DNA from: Styela clava | Taxonomy: Eukaryota | NCBI RefSeq assembly: GCF_964204865.1 | Contig: NC_135258.1 | Coordinates: forward strand, 17,422,001-17,486,000 | Direction: 5' to 3' | Length of the DNA stretch: 64,000 bases | Shown: in pieces, positions 23,766 through 37,400 of the stretch | How the letters are laid out: the number at the start of each line of letters is the position of its first letter | Numbering within the stretch: the stretch's first letter is position 1 | The notes under the pieces: model-generated | Told to the model about the DNA's origin: nothing | The model's input: the letters and a program-made list of their open reading frames with translations, nothing else | Databases searched by the model: none | Made by a program: the position numbers and the translations under genes

Positions 23766-25443
23766 CATGAGATAGTAATAGCGCGCTGGTATTCCATACC
23801 ATGTAAGTTGATCGCAGTGAAATATTTTATGATTGCAAGCAGTCAAGACAAACGAAATGATAAAATGAATGAAACAACGATTCCAAAATAATTACCATAT
23901 TACACAGTGTTTGAACTGAAATTGTGACAGCTATGGAAATCGAAACAATTAAAATCACAATTGGAATTAGGTAGGATATTTATTATGCAAATTGTAGAAT
24001 AACACAAATCTTTTAAAATTTTATCTAGAGATAATTGCGGATGCATATATTTGATATATGTTCTTAGATAGTTCAATTTGAAATTTGTTTCTGACTTTGG
24101 GCTTTGGCATAAACTTTCAGCGCTAGTATTGTTTGAGAATGCCAATATAAGCTAATAAAAAGTGTAGTTCATTTTTAGACTGTATACTTTTATTACCTCC
24201 AGTTGGATGAAACACTAGAAAATTCTACCAGATGTACATCAGTGGACGAAGTGAAATGGATGCGTGACTGAAATACCCATAAATTCAAATTGATTTTCAT
24301 CATTTTGCTAACAGCCATGACTGTCACCTGTAATTTGGAATAACCTAAAAGCATGTCGAACGTCACAAACAAAAGCATCGTTTCTCGTTAATTAATTATT
24401 TAAGTCTGACTTGCAGTCGCCCTAATCAGTTACACAAAGCAGTTGTTCCCCTCTCGCTTCGTTTATTACTTCGACTCAAGACAGATAACGCAAAGAAACA
24501 CCTTACTGAATTAATAATCATTTTCTTTCTCGAAAAAGCACACTTCGTCTGTTCATATTTATATCATAATGTATGAATAGCAACCTTTCAGTTGTAGATT
24601 CATCACTTGGCGCGAAGACAGGTCTCAGAAAGAAGCTAGTGAGGCATATACGCCTGGATGGCTGATATATGATTGCTTTCAGATGGGGTTGAGATTAAAA
24701 GGAATTGTGAACTGCCATTCGTTTTATCTAAAAGTACTATGCTCGTTCGTTAAAATATACTCTATGATATTTTATCACTAGCTCTCGTTCGCTATCATGT
24801 GAAGCTGCGTTTCTTAACGTCCCCTCCGTCACCTCGCGGATTTGAACTTTTTTTTTTAATCGAAATTTTATTCTTTACGTTTTTATTTCATCCGTTCTGT
24901 GGTACTTTATACAGCTCTTGTCAAATCGAATGTATGTTTTCTACCTCATTCAATAGTTGCTTCTTTAAGGAGTTGCATCAGGCTAGTTTGTTACGGAAAC
25001 AATTACGGAATTTAAGGAAAGGTTTGTTAGATAATTGACTCAAAATCTAATAGCAGCTAAGCTGGGAATTAATGGAACCAAATGCATCAAGATTCTTTCT
25101 ACGAAACCCGTGTCAAAATATTGTTCTGATTGTAATACTGGGCTCCAAATATAACAAGAGAAAATATATTTTGTTTTACTTTACAAGGCAATAACTTAAC
25201 TCTCAATAAAATTTTAGCAATGTCGCGCGATATATAACTTCTATTCGTAATACTTAATTCACTTGATTAGTGTGAAAACTAACTTACGTTCATTTTTCAA
25301 GTCCTATTTCAGAAATGTATAATAGTTTTAAACAAAGCCTATAAATATAGCAAATTCCTTGTTTGATAAGTCTGATTGTACAAATAATTTGAAAAAGTCT
25401 ATAACACTTTTTCCGGGTTAATGCGTTATACAGTTATTTCATC

Positions 25444-28400
25444 ATGAAAACAGGTGAGTAATACAATTTTTTTTTTCGATTTTCTGTTAAGAGCATGTGT
25501 TTTTAAAATATTTTTGTCACGTTTCAAATAAATTGAAAATACCCTCTTCGTGCTATTCAGATTCATTCAATATTTTCCCAAACTCTCATTACCTATAAAA
25601 TGTCTGCGTCTGTGAGTCTCGATATACTAGATGAAAATATGCACAAAATTTTTGGTATGTGATTAAAAGTGCCACCCGGTTATTATCTTATCTTGTTTTC
25701 GAAAATTAATATCGATAATTTGGCTTCAATCATAGGAAATATTTTTCCTTCATGAATTATTCTGTGATAACAAAACTGTTTGATTTCTAAAAAATACATT
25801 CATTATGCGACGTGTAAAATCACAATTGATTATGTGCTCATGTCAGTGTTGTGAACCTTCATAATTGGTTGTTCTTAAGTGACGAACAACTGCAAAATAT
25901 TTTTTCAGATCGGAGATTCAAGTATTTAATGAAAATTATTAGGATTGTGACTTTAATCATGTCCTGTGCAGTATTGAAATCAGTATTTGCTGCCTCGTCA
26001 GTGGAAAAATGTCGACAGAATAGTTCAGACACAAAATTTGCAAACAATGGGTAAGATTTGAAATATTATTTTTGTTACATATTTGTTATTTTTGAATCGA
26101 AGTGTCTGTGGATTGGAATTGTAAGAAACCAATTCTATTTCAAGTTATCGTGTATACACGGTTATCATTTGCTACATAGATGATGTTCTAGATAATATTA
26201 ATAAATTGAATGCAATTGTATGATTGTACAGGAATCACGCTAATTGTTGAGTCTGATGTTGAAAACTTATTCCATGCACCATGCTAAAAATAAATTGTTG
26301 GGCATATATGTAATTTTTATCGTATCAAATAGAAATTATGGCTCTTTTAATTTATTTTTTGGCTTCACAAAGTTTACAGACCAGACATTCCAAAATGGCT
26401 GACATTTAGAGGTGTTTGTCTAAGATGCCAAGATGGCTTCTTATATTATACAAATAAAAAATTTAATCTGAGAATGAAAAAATAGGTTTAAAACGAAATT
26501 AACTGTAACTTATATTTCACTACTAAAAAATTATCGTTTTTGTTTTATCATCCTTGGCGCCTTATGCGTTATAGGCGATCATATAAGTTATTTCATACCA
26601 GAAACATTTTGGCCTGTAATACTTTCACAAACACATACTAGTTTTCATAAATAATCCACTAACGATTTTTTCAAATATTCCGAATTTGAGATTATGTACG
26701 CAGAGGAGGAAATCGGCTTGTTTGAATCCGTGTGATTTTGTGTTTTTGTCGCGACGAATCGAATTCACTAATATCCTATCTCCAGAAGCAAGGTTTGTTA
26801 TAAGCCACACAATCGGGATGTATTTACATATTATAATGTCGCACGAGAAGTAGTTAAGTTTAATATTTGATGATTGTTTGTTTGTTTGTCCGTTTTTATC
26901 CGATGATTAGCCGGAAAACTAATCCCCACATCCATTGCTGTTTTGCTGTATAAAGATTGTTAATGAATGAAGTTAGAGGACGGAAAAAATACAGATTAGA
27001 AAAATCATATTATAGGGATTCCTGCAATCGAAGCATTTTAGTTTGTTCAAATTTTTTACACAATTATCACCTAAAGTTTACGTTATCCCATGAAAATTTA
27101 TACTTATCCGCGAATAAAACATGCAAATAGCAAATTTTCTTATTGTGCCATAGTTACTGTATTGCATTTTCCCCGGGAATTTGTGTGAAATGTAACAATT
27201 TAAGAGTATTACCTCTTATATGGTCAATGTTGAAGCAATGTGTTTTGAAAAAGTATTTTGAGCTGCGTGTCGAGTAATTGCACCCAAGAAAGCATTGATC
27301 TGATGTAGCTGAATCTAGAATTTAAATTATGGATAAGACTACTTGATGTATGACTATAAACGAGGTGTCATCAAACAACAGCGCATAATTTCAATCGTTA
27401 TATTAGCAATTTTTGCCAAATATAACCGCCGTACATGTTTTTGCTGACGCAATGAGTTGTCATGACACAATTCATTATGAATTCAACAGAAGACAAGATG
27501 TAAACAAATTTAGGGAACACTAACATTAGTGCCAAATCCATTTGTGTTTGATTTAAATAAGTTGAAGTCAAAAGTTTTTGTGGCTTAACTAGGAAAATTC
27601 CCTTTTCAAAATTCTTTTGTCATCAGAATACAAACATAAAGATTTATTAACATGAACATATCTACATTAAAATCGGTGTTGTTTTGTTTTTTGTCAGACA
27701 GTAGTTGCAAACCGTGAATTTTTAATAAAGTTTATAGATTCAAATTCTGTTCTGTTTAAAAATAAAATATTTTATTCCATCTTGTTAGTAATAGAATAAA
27801 ACCCAAACACATTATTTCTCATAGATTATCCATTCTGATTTTTTTTAAACGCATCTATATAATTGAGTAAATTTTGAATACCTCATCGCTCCCAAGATCG
27901 ACTGTTTAGGACTTTCCTACCAGATAGGAAGTGATAACGATAGTGCTTTCATTTTATCAAATGAGTCACAGGGCGCCAGATATGAGTGAGAGGAATAATT
28001 CAGATCCGTAAAACTGATGCATATTGCCAGGGTTCGTGACCCCACTTTCGACAGAAACATGCCGCTCTTCACACAAAATCTATACTTTAATTTTTTATTT
28101 CATTGCTCAATCAATCTACATTGTACTATTTTTTTCATTATTGCATTACCAGATACGAAGGACTTGTAGTTGTGGTTGGAGACGACATAGAACAAGACTA
28201 CAGTCTAATAGAAGACTTGCGCAAACTAATAACCGCAACTTCCGAAAAAATGTTTCAAGTTACCAAGTAAGAACACGAAAAAGCTTTTTCCGTATCCGCC
28301 ATTTTAGTTCATTCACTTCACGTTCATGGTTCAATGTTAGATATTCTGATCTACGGCATTTAAGGGTATTTTATAACCCAAGAAAAGTAAATTATATGAA

Positions 28401-31400
28401 TATTTTATATAAATTAGCTTTCTTTTTATTAAAGATGATATCAGTGCATGGATACTAGCGTATATTCACAAACATAACGTGGGGATCTATATAAAGTTAT
28501 GGCTGATACAGATAACAAAGCTATGTCAAAACTATTATTTGAGACTAGGGCCTGAAGCGAATTAGCATCTCTAATCGTACTGTTGAAACATTTTTTGAAT
28601 ATTTTCACAGGCGTCGAGCATATATTCGACAAGTTTCTGTTTTGTTACCTCGATCGTGGGGTGTTCCTCCAAAAGAATTTGAGAATATCATGAGTGTCAA
28701 AACTGACACAGTTCATACAGTGGATAGAGGAGATTTTAGGCTACGCAATCGATCTCCGAGGTAAATCAATGATATAATCAATCATGAGTCAGCTGCTGAA
28801 ATCTTCTCTCATTTGAGGTGTTTTCCAAAGAATTGATTCAAATTAAATTATTTAAATCAGAAAATTACAACTCCCTTTTTTACAATCACATGTCTTATTT
28901 TTGATGAACGAGTCAAATATTGTTATTGCAATAAATTCAAATATTTAGGCAAATTAAATAGTTTGAATAACATTGTACTATATGCCAATTCAGCCACGAA
29001 GGAAAATGATTGTCAATTTCAATAAAATTTAGTTGAATTATATTCAAATGCAGGTCAGATAATGAAGACATTTCTTGGCAACTGGGCGATGAGGAGGCAC
29101 AAGTTGACATGCCATATGTTATCAAACCGACACCATGTGGATACTCAGGTCGATATCTCCGATTGACCCCAGAATTTGTGAGGTTTGGCGGAAAGGCATC
29201 GGAAATGGGCAAGATGGGATCGCCCGAAAAAATCTTAGTCAGACAATGGGCTAAATTACGTTGGGGAGTGTATGATGAAATTCCTCTCGACGACTCAGAG
29301 TCGAACTTTTATAGACACACCGACTTAGAGGTTCATCCGATTGCTTGCTCGGCTGCTATTACAGGTTAGTTTGAAATACATCATATTGACTCATTATGAG
29401 GTTGATTTAAATAACTGTCTTCGAAAAGAACATGTACTTGTCGTTGCCGTGTTTAAAGAGTCGTTAATAGTACTGGATAAAATACTTTATGGGTTATAAC
29501 GTAGGAGTAATTATTGAGAAAATGACTCCAGCACAGATCTAACGACAACAGCAATCGTCGTTAATTACACATAACTACGCAAATTTCGCCATGCCATGTG
29601 AAATGCATACATGCTACTTTGAAATGCAATTATCCCTCGCTATTCCCCTTTGTCTGTCTCTTTGTAGTGACCAAAACAACGCTGATACGATTATCGTGTA
29701 GGTAACCCTATGTTTCGCGGAACCACCTTTTGGTGTGACACTGTTTGAACCATATTCGTCGTGAATCTGGTTTATTATTGGTAAATAAAAGTGGATATCA
29801 CCACGGAAACACACCTATATCTTGCAAATCAGATGCAAGGACTTTTAGCTATATAAATTATGTATATGTTTAAGGGCCGATACGAATTACACAAACTTTG
29901 TCTGCAAGTAAATATTCCGGATGGACGAAATATAACACTTTTGATGCTACATCAACATGCACAATACAATTTTTTCATATCACTCATGTAAAACAAAAAC
30001 GGTTCATTTTATCGCCAATCGAGTAGAATCTAACAAAATATTTTTACAATTTTCTCCAATTGCAGGAAATGAGCCAAAAAGTGGCTAATTATTCGAAAAA
30101 CCACAAATATAAGAAATTTATTTTAATTATTAAAGCACTTCACTGCAATGTAGTCGGGTAACTTATCATTATATAAGGAAAACAATTTTGAAGAATATTT
30201 TCAATAAGCAATATACTTAATTTCCGGGTTAAAACTCATTATAAACGTTCAATAACTCGTTTCTAATGATTACAAATTTATTTTTAATCTAATGAATTTA
30301 AAAATATTAATCATTTCAGTTTGGAAGATATTTTAGAAAAGTAATACATATAATGGTTTCACTAGTTTACCTCAAAACGAAAATTAGTTTTTTATGTTTC
30401 AAAATGAAAAATTGCCAGCTGGCATAAATATTTTAGCGTTTGTTCCATGTTGCAATTTAACGAAAACGACATCAGACTTTTAAGATATGGACCCGACAAC
30501 ATATTTCTGTGCGAAAGAAATTAATATTTAATTACGTTTCAGGTAAAATAATAAAATCGGACAATCCGGAAGTACCGTGTAGTAAAGAGGAAGCTCTTGT
30601 AAACAAGAATTGTACATTTAAGCCTGACTCTACGCCGTCGAAGACTGTAACTTCCAGAAAAACTTCTTTTGATGAAACCGTCGGAATTACAGGATTCGCC
30701 TCATTAATGTACAGGTACAAGAAATATAGCTGCGTGGGAAGTGTACTAAATAAAAGTCGATATTAAATCGTAATGACTACATTATGCAATAATGTTATCT
30801 CAACTATTTTCTCGGTAAATCAGGATGTGTAACTGCGCAAATGTTGATACCATAAGTATTATTTTGTGTGAATTTCACATTTCACACAAAATTTTGTTTA
30901 CAGTGCATGAGTTGGCCTAGTATGGCACTGATATAGACTTTGTTGACATCGCAGGTTCTAAGTTCAATTCCCATGCCCACGTTATCGTCCAGTGGTGTAA
31001 TAAATTAAGCACCAGCATTCGATGCTTTTAAAAAGGGCTTGTTTGGGGTGACAGGCGTATGAAACGTCGTAAATAATATAATGCGTTTAGTCGATACGAT
31101 ATATATTTTCTATTTCAGTCCTGATTTGAGTTACGTCGATCATTTCTGTGACACTGTAGAAGAATCAGAACAAGAAGTGCCCGAAGAACAACAGCATAAT
31201 GCAGAAGCACCCACGTTACATAATTTGCATTGTCAAGGTAGGCTAAGATACTTTGTTTTATTTCGCCTATGCAACGGACCTGGTGTTTGGTTTAGTGTGC
31301 GTCAATTTGTTCCTGATAGAGTTCAAACCGAATTTTCTTCAAACCCTCCTGATGGAAATTAGAACTTATCAGCTTTCTTGAAGCGTTCCTGAGTCGTAGT

Positions 31401-34400
31401 AAAAGCTGATCCGAACCAACAGTCTGTGCTAATTTTTTTTTATCAATTTATGCTTTTTACAGGAAAAAGTGTATGGGAAGTAATAAGAACTCATCCAGAC
31501 TTTGCGAACGGAAATAACCCCCCACTTCCAGAAAGTTCTATTCCTCCACCGATTGAATTCAGCCTATTAAAAAATCCGGACAGGTACTGAAATAAAAAAT
31601 TCAAAAATACCACGGAGTTCTGCTTTGGTCTCATTTTGAATCCAAATTGAAAACTAACACAGACAATACAAATATTTCTCAAAGCGCGTTGGGCTGTACG
31701 GGTTACTTCATCAAAAGCAATTCGTGCCTATTTACTATAAATGTTCAAATTTATATTTCAAACTATAGACGTATGGCTGCCTGATTTTGATTTGTATCGG
31801 TGGGAAACTTATTTGCTCGATGTTAATTTAAATTTTTTTAAATTAAACTAACTGTAACATAAATTCGAATAAATGTCAGAAAGTTTCGACCATACAGATA
31901 AAATAAGTTTATTTATCTAAAGTTAATTAATAAAATGTATTCTGCCAACAATTTATTTATACACCAATTCTAAACGTATTATGATGATCAGCAATATAAA
32001 AACGTATATACTCACGTTTATGTAGAGTAAAAACTGTTAGTATCCGGTATTTTAATTATGATTTTTTGTGTCATTTCTAGGAGGATTGTTCTCGTTCTCG
32101 ACATTTCGTCCAGTATGAAGTTTTTCAATCGAATGAAATTGATGAGACAAGCAGCAAGTCAATTCATTGATACCGTACCGGAAAACTCTTGGATCGGGAT
32201 TGTTACATTTGCAGCGTAAGTTAGTAATGAAATAATAATCAACAACAAATTTTCAATATAGTATGCCATTCGAAAGGTATATCCTTTATAAAGTACACTT
32301 CAAACAATATCAAATTATCTCTTTTAGAGAAGGAACGGTGATGTCAGAACTCATCAGAGTTTCATCAAACGACGTGAGAAGGTTATTAAAAGAACGTCTT
32401 CCCAATTTTCTTGTCCCCGGTGAGTATGCGCGATTAGATATTTTTTAAATTTATTTCTCCAGTATGTGGTTGATGCATTTATGAGTGTATCATTGTTCTA
32501 CATTTATTGTCTAAAAAATTTCAATCATTTCCCGTGTAGAATGTTATAAATGTATTCATAACAGTTCCAATCTCCGTACCAAAAGTAATGAAATTGAAAT
32601 AATGAAATGAAAGTAATTCTTTTATAATATCTAATGTAAAATCTACGACGGCAAATATCTCTTGTTAGGGGCAAAAAAAATTTAGAATCGCGATATTTAA
32701 CAACACTGAAATTAGTAAAAACGCATTACGATTGCGAAAAGACATTCATTACTAAAACGAATAGGCGCTAATTAGATACTGAAATTACCAAAGGGTTTGA
32801 AAAGACTCTAATTCTAAAATAAAACATTATTTACTTGCAGGGACCAGTATCGGTAGCGGTATTAAACTTGCACTGCAAGTTTTAAAATCATCTGGTCCAA
32901 AGCATATGAGAAAATCGGGTGGAAGTATGCTTGTTTTGAGTGATGGAAAAGAACACAACAGTCCAAAGATCAATGACACATTGTTGGAAGTAAAAAAAAT
33001 TATTATCTCCTAGTACAGAAAAATACAAACTCCTTGCATGGTTTATAATACGAAGGATGTATCTTTAATTTAATGTACAATAAATTTTTAAATCTGCTGC
33101 TAATTGTCATCGTTTTTGAAATATTTAATTTTATAATCCAGGTTATTGATTTTGGAGTTCGCGTTACAACAATTGCTTTTGGTGCACAAGTAGCAGACGA
33201 TTTGGATGTTTTAGCCGAAGTGACTGGAGGTTCTGCATATTTTGCGAGCTCAGGGGAGTTTAGCGACAATAGTGAGTTACGTGATGCATTCCTGGCAACG
33301 ATTGACAATCCAGAAGGTAAACTCCCAGCAAAAATTCTTTATGCAGATTGATTTTGAGCGATTATCTTAGTACAATCAATTCATATGAAGATATTGAGTA
33401 CAGGCGACGCATTTTTAAAAAATATATGATATATTACAAAAAATAAAATAATGGCAAGTGAAAAAACTCTAAGTCGTATGAGATCATTAGCGTATCTGGA
33501 GTTTATACACTTATCGTATATTTTCAGGTGTCGCTGGTAAATATCGAAATCATTAGATATATAATGGATGCAGGCTCAAAATTAATTTTATAAAGTAAAA
33601 TAATAATATATTAATGTGCAATATATAGTAACCTAGTGTCCCAGTTCATAGCTAAATTTATTTTAAATTTACCAAGAGTTCAAAAAAAAACTAGTTGTTC
33701 AATCTAATTAGCTTTAGAATTTATTTGCAGATGACATGGTTGTTGTTTCAAGTCAGTCGATACGATTGAAAGCTAATTCGTCCGAAGGTCACACTTTCAT
33801 TATAGATGAAACAATCGGAAGAGAAACTAGGATTACAGTGCTTTACACCGACACCGTAGCACCTAAGGTAAATAGTAGAAATGGTGATGAAAAATGAATT
33901 GTGAATTTCACAATTACTAGTCTTTGCTACTTTCTATACCAAGTTTCACCCAGAACAAGGCCATGTGCAAGTATACACTGCCACATAAGAGGCTACTATT
34001 TTTTATTGAAGTGTCGTAATTTTTACGGTTCAGGATTATCTTTTCAATTTATTACACTCTGGGCGAAGTGTTATCCATGGTTCATTTTAACAGTTTTGTC
34101 CGACAAAGAAGAGATTCGTTTCTGTGATATTAAGCATGCATACGAATATTCAAATTCAATCTTTCTCCAAAGTATATTTTTACTTATTTATTACCATTTG
34201 TGAGAAATTATTATTTTTAATCTAAAAAGGAAGTTACTATATATTATAATGATGAATATTTTAAGATCGGACTGGAAAATCCTTGGGGTGATGTAATGTG
34301 GGAAGACGATGATATGTTTGATACGAACATTACAGCTGAGTTTTCTTCAGATGAAAATTTTTCAACAAAGACCATTCAATACTTTGGATACATGGAGGTA

Positions 34401-37400
34401 AAATATAGTTCGCAGTCAAAATAATAAATAATAATAGTGAACATTTTATTAAAAATTAGATTTTGCTAAATCTGCCTTATATAATCCCTGTTATTTGACT
34501 CCTTTTTTTCTTGTTCAACTAAAATTCTTTGAAAGCGTTGTGTTTTGTGCATTTACACTGCAACTAAACTTATTTTGGTAAGAAAAATTTTAAGTAATTA
34601 CTATTTACCTCACTCCATATAAATTTAATTTGGTCGAATTGAATTCTTAATCACGTACTTAACTAAACCTTCGAATAATATTCATAAACGTAGTAATTTC
34701 AACTCTTATATCATTGTATTAAAAACGAATGAGTATCTGGCAAAATTCTCAATCAATTACTTTTTGGTATATCCGTAACAAAATAACCGAAAAAATTGTC
34801 GTAGAGCGAAGTATACTTATTCAGTGTCGAGAGATAATTAAATTTGTGGATGAAATTTGAGTTTACCAAAAAGGAAGTAGAAATATATTTTGTGGGGAAT
34901 ACCTAGCATTTTAAATATTCCACATGTCAAACACGGTCACTGTTTTCAATTGGTTTAGTGCATTTCATTAATAATTTTCGTGTTTGAGTGCTGAACCGCA
35001 TGAAATTTTAATGCCTGTGCTATCTAAGCACAAATCCTATACAACAAGAATGATTTTAGTCATACATTATTTGTTTTCAAATGTACATGTAAAATATTCA
35101 TGAACAAAAATTAATGAGAAACAAAATTTAATACAAAAACAATCATTAAAAAAAGCAACAATAGTGAAGCACGGATATTTATATTTTAGCCTGGAACGTG
35201 GACGCTTCTGTTGAAAAACCAGAGGTTGCAAAACAGTGTTACTGCTGACATCTCGGTTTTCTCCCATCCCGCAGAAGAACAGGAAAGTTTGGTTCTCTCA
35301 CCAGCATTACTTTGTAGGATAATAAATTACAGTGGAAGCGAAAGCATTGTCATTTATGCACATCTGAGTTATGGTAATCCATTAAATTAATTGTAATAAA
35401 CTTTTGCTTCATGTTACGTTATTGAGGTCAGTTTGCAATGCTGTTTTTTTATTCATCGAAAACGAAAACTACCATCCTGTAGCATTATTAGCTGACGTAG
35501 CCGTTACTTTCTACTGTCAGCTAAACAGTTAGTTTGGCAGTTTTTAGTGCTGTCAGTTATTTGCTATTGTCTTCAATTATATGTTGTTCATTTACACAAT
35601 TAGTTTTGGTATCGGTGGATCAACTCACAAACTGAAAGAGCAAAATATTTTACCTGTTGAATCGGTTCTTATCACTCTTATTGCTTTTATTAGAAAACTC
35701 CCCGGACTGTACTGTGCCAAGCAAGCATGCGCCAAAGTTTTATTTGTGCCTCAATTGTTCTCACCATTTTTCAGGTGAGTTTGCTGTTCTCGATGCAACA
35801 GTGGAAGCTGTTGTGACTCGGCCTTTATCACTGTCTGGCAGTTATGATACGGCCACCGTTGAATTGAAGGACGATGGTCGTGGTGCTGATGTTATTGCAA
35901 ATGATGGAATATATTCAGGATATTTTACTAGATTCACATTGCAAGGAAGATACAACGTCAAGGTAACTTTAAACATTGAGTACATTGTCCACCATAAATA
36001 ATCTGTTAATCTTATTATATTACGTTGTAATCATACTGCAGCAATCGTCCCTCGCATTTTAACCCCAGTAAGACTCACGCGCAGAAGATGTTTTCCCAAG
36101 CAACTCATTCTCGTGATTTGTAGGATACCCATCGCATAGCACTTTTATACATATGACAGTATCTTTTTGGATTATTTTGTAATCAAAATGTCATTCATGT
36201 GCATGTGGCTAATCTACAAATTGTTTTACAACCTGGATTTGTCAACGCAGTTGAGCGTAGTCACTAATCAAAGTCCATCCAGGCTTGCTATGTTTTTGAT
36301 ATAATTCTCTCTGATCTCAGTGCCAATTGTAATTATCTTTTTTATTTTTGGATTAAAGGTTAATGCCGCCGGAGACGGAGATAAGGCGCGACTTGACATT
36401 AATCATATTCTTGGTCTGGGACGTCGTAAAAATGACTTGGTCAAAGTTGATACAAAAGATGTTTTACAAAATATGGGGAACAAAGAAGAGAATAAGTATG
36501 TCTACGATTATATGCGTGAATCACTGAATTCAGTCTTATTCTGAAATGCATCATTTGGTCTCTCTATTTATGTATCTTAATAATTAAATTATTTTTTCAC
36601 CAAAAGACGGAAATCCAGAAAACGACGCTCAATCAGAGGAATAACGAGTAGGATGGGAAAACTGAAAGCTTTCAAACGATGGAGCACACAACAGAAAGAA
36701 TTCATCGTAAATGACACAACTGCTGTAGTTTGTCCAGATGGGTAAGATTTATACTAATTCGAACTAAGATTTTGGGACCGTACAAACATTTGAAATTATT
36801 TATCAAACAAAAAAGCAAAACTTATTGCTTTATATTTTGAATGAATCGGATATCGAGACGGTGCCTTGTGAGACTATAGAAGAGTCCCACCCAATCTGTG
36901 GCGCATACCTAGAGGGAAATTGCCAAATCAAACATTTCTCGCAAATTAATATTTGCATTGCGTATAATAAGTTGATATTTCTGTAAAATGGGAGAAATTG
37001 ACTGTATGTTATTCTATCGGACAAAGAAGCAAATCGTCCCTAGAATTATTTTTGTATTATTTCGGTGCGATACGTATACAAGTTTATCGAATCAATACAA
37101 TAAGCATACATACCGAAGCAGCCATAAAAGTATGGCAACTAACAAGAATACCTTGAAAAAAAAATTACTATTTTATAATATTTAATATATTCAGATATTA
37201 CCACTTTCAAGACAGTTGCTATAAGTTTGTCCGAACTCCAATGGCATCATTCACTGATGCATCGAAATTTTGTGCAAATGACGGCGGATACCTCGCACAC
37301 GTGAATTCAAATCAAGAACTTTTATATATAATGGACACCATTGGAAAAAAAGATACATGGTTCGGAGGAATTCATCAAGTGGGTTATAACTTATAAAACA

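Noticed and set aside
26760-27120. Possible Helentron/DINE-like remnant with (TGTT)n in a CLCA intron
   Set aside because: No definable termini or second copy in the window.
30905-30980. Possible tRNA gene
   Set aside because: A and B boxes are present but there is no pairing cloverleaf or T-run terminator; treated as a SINE remnant.
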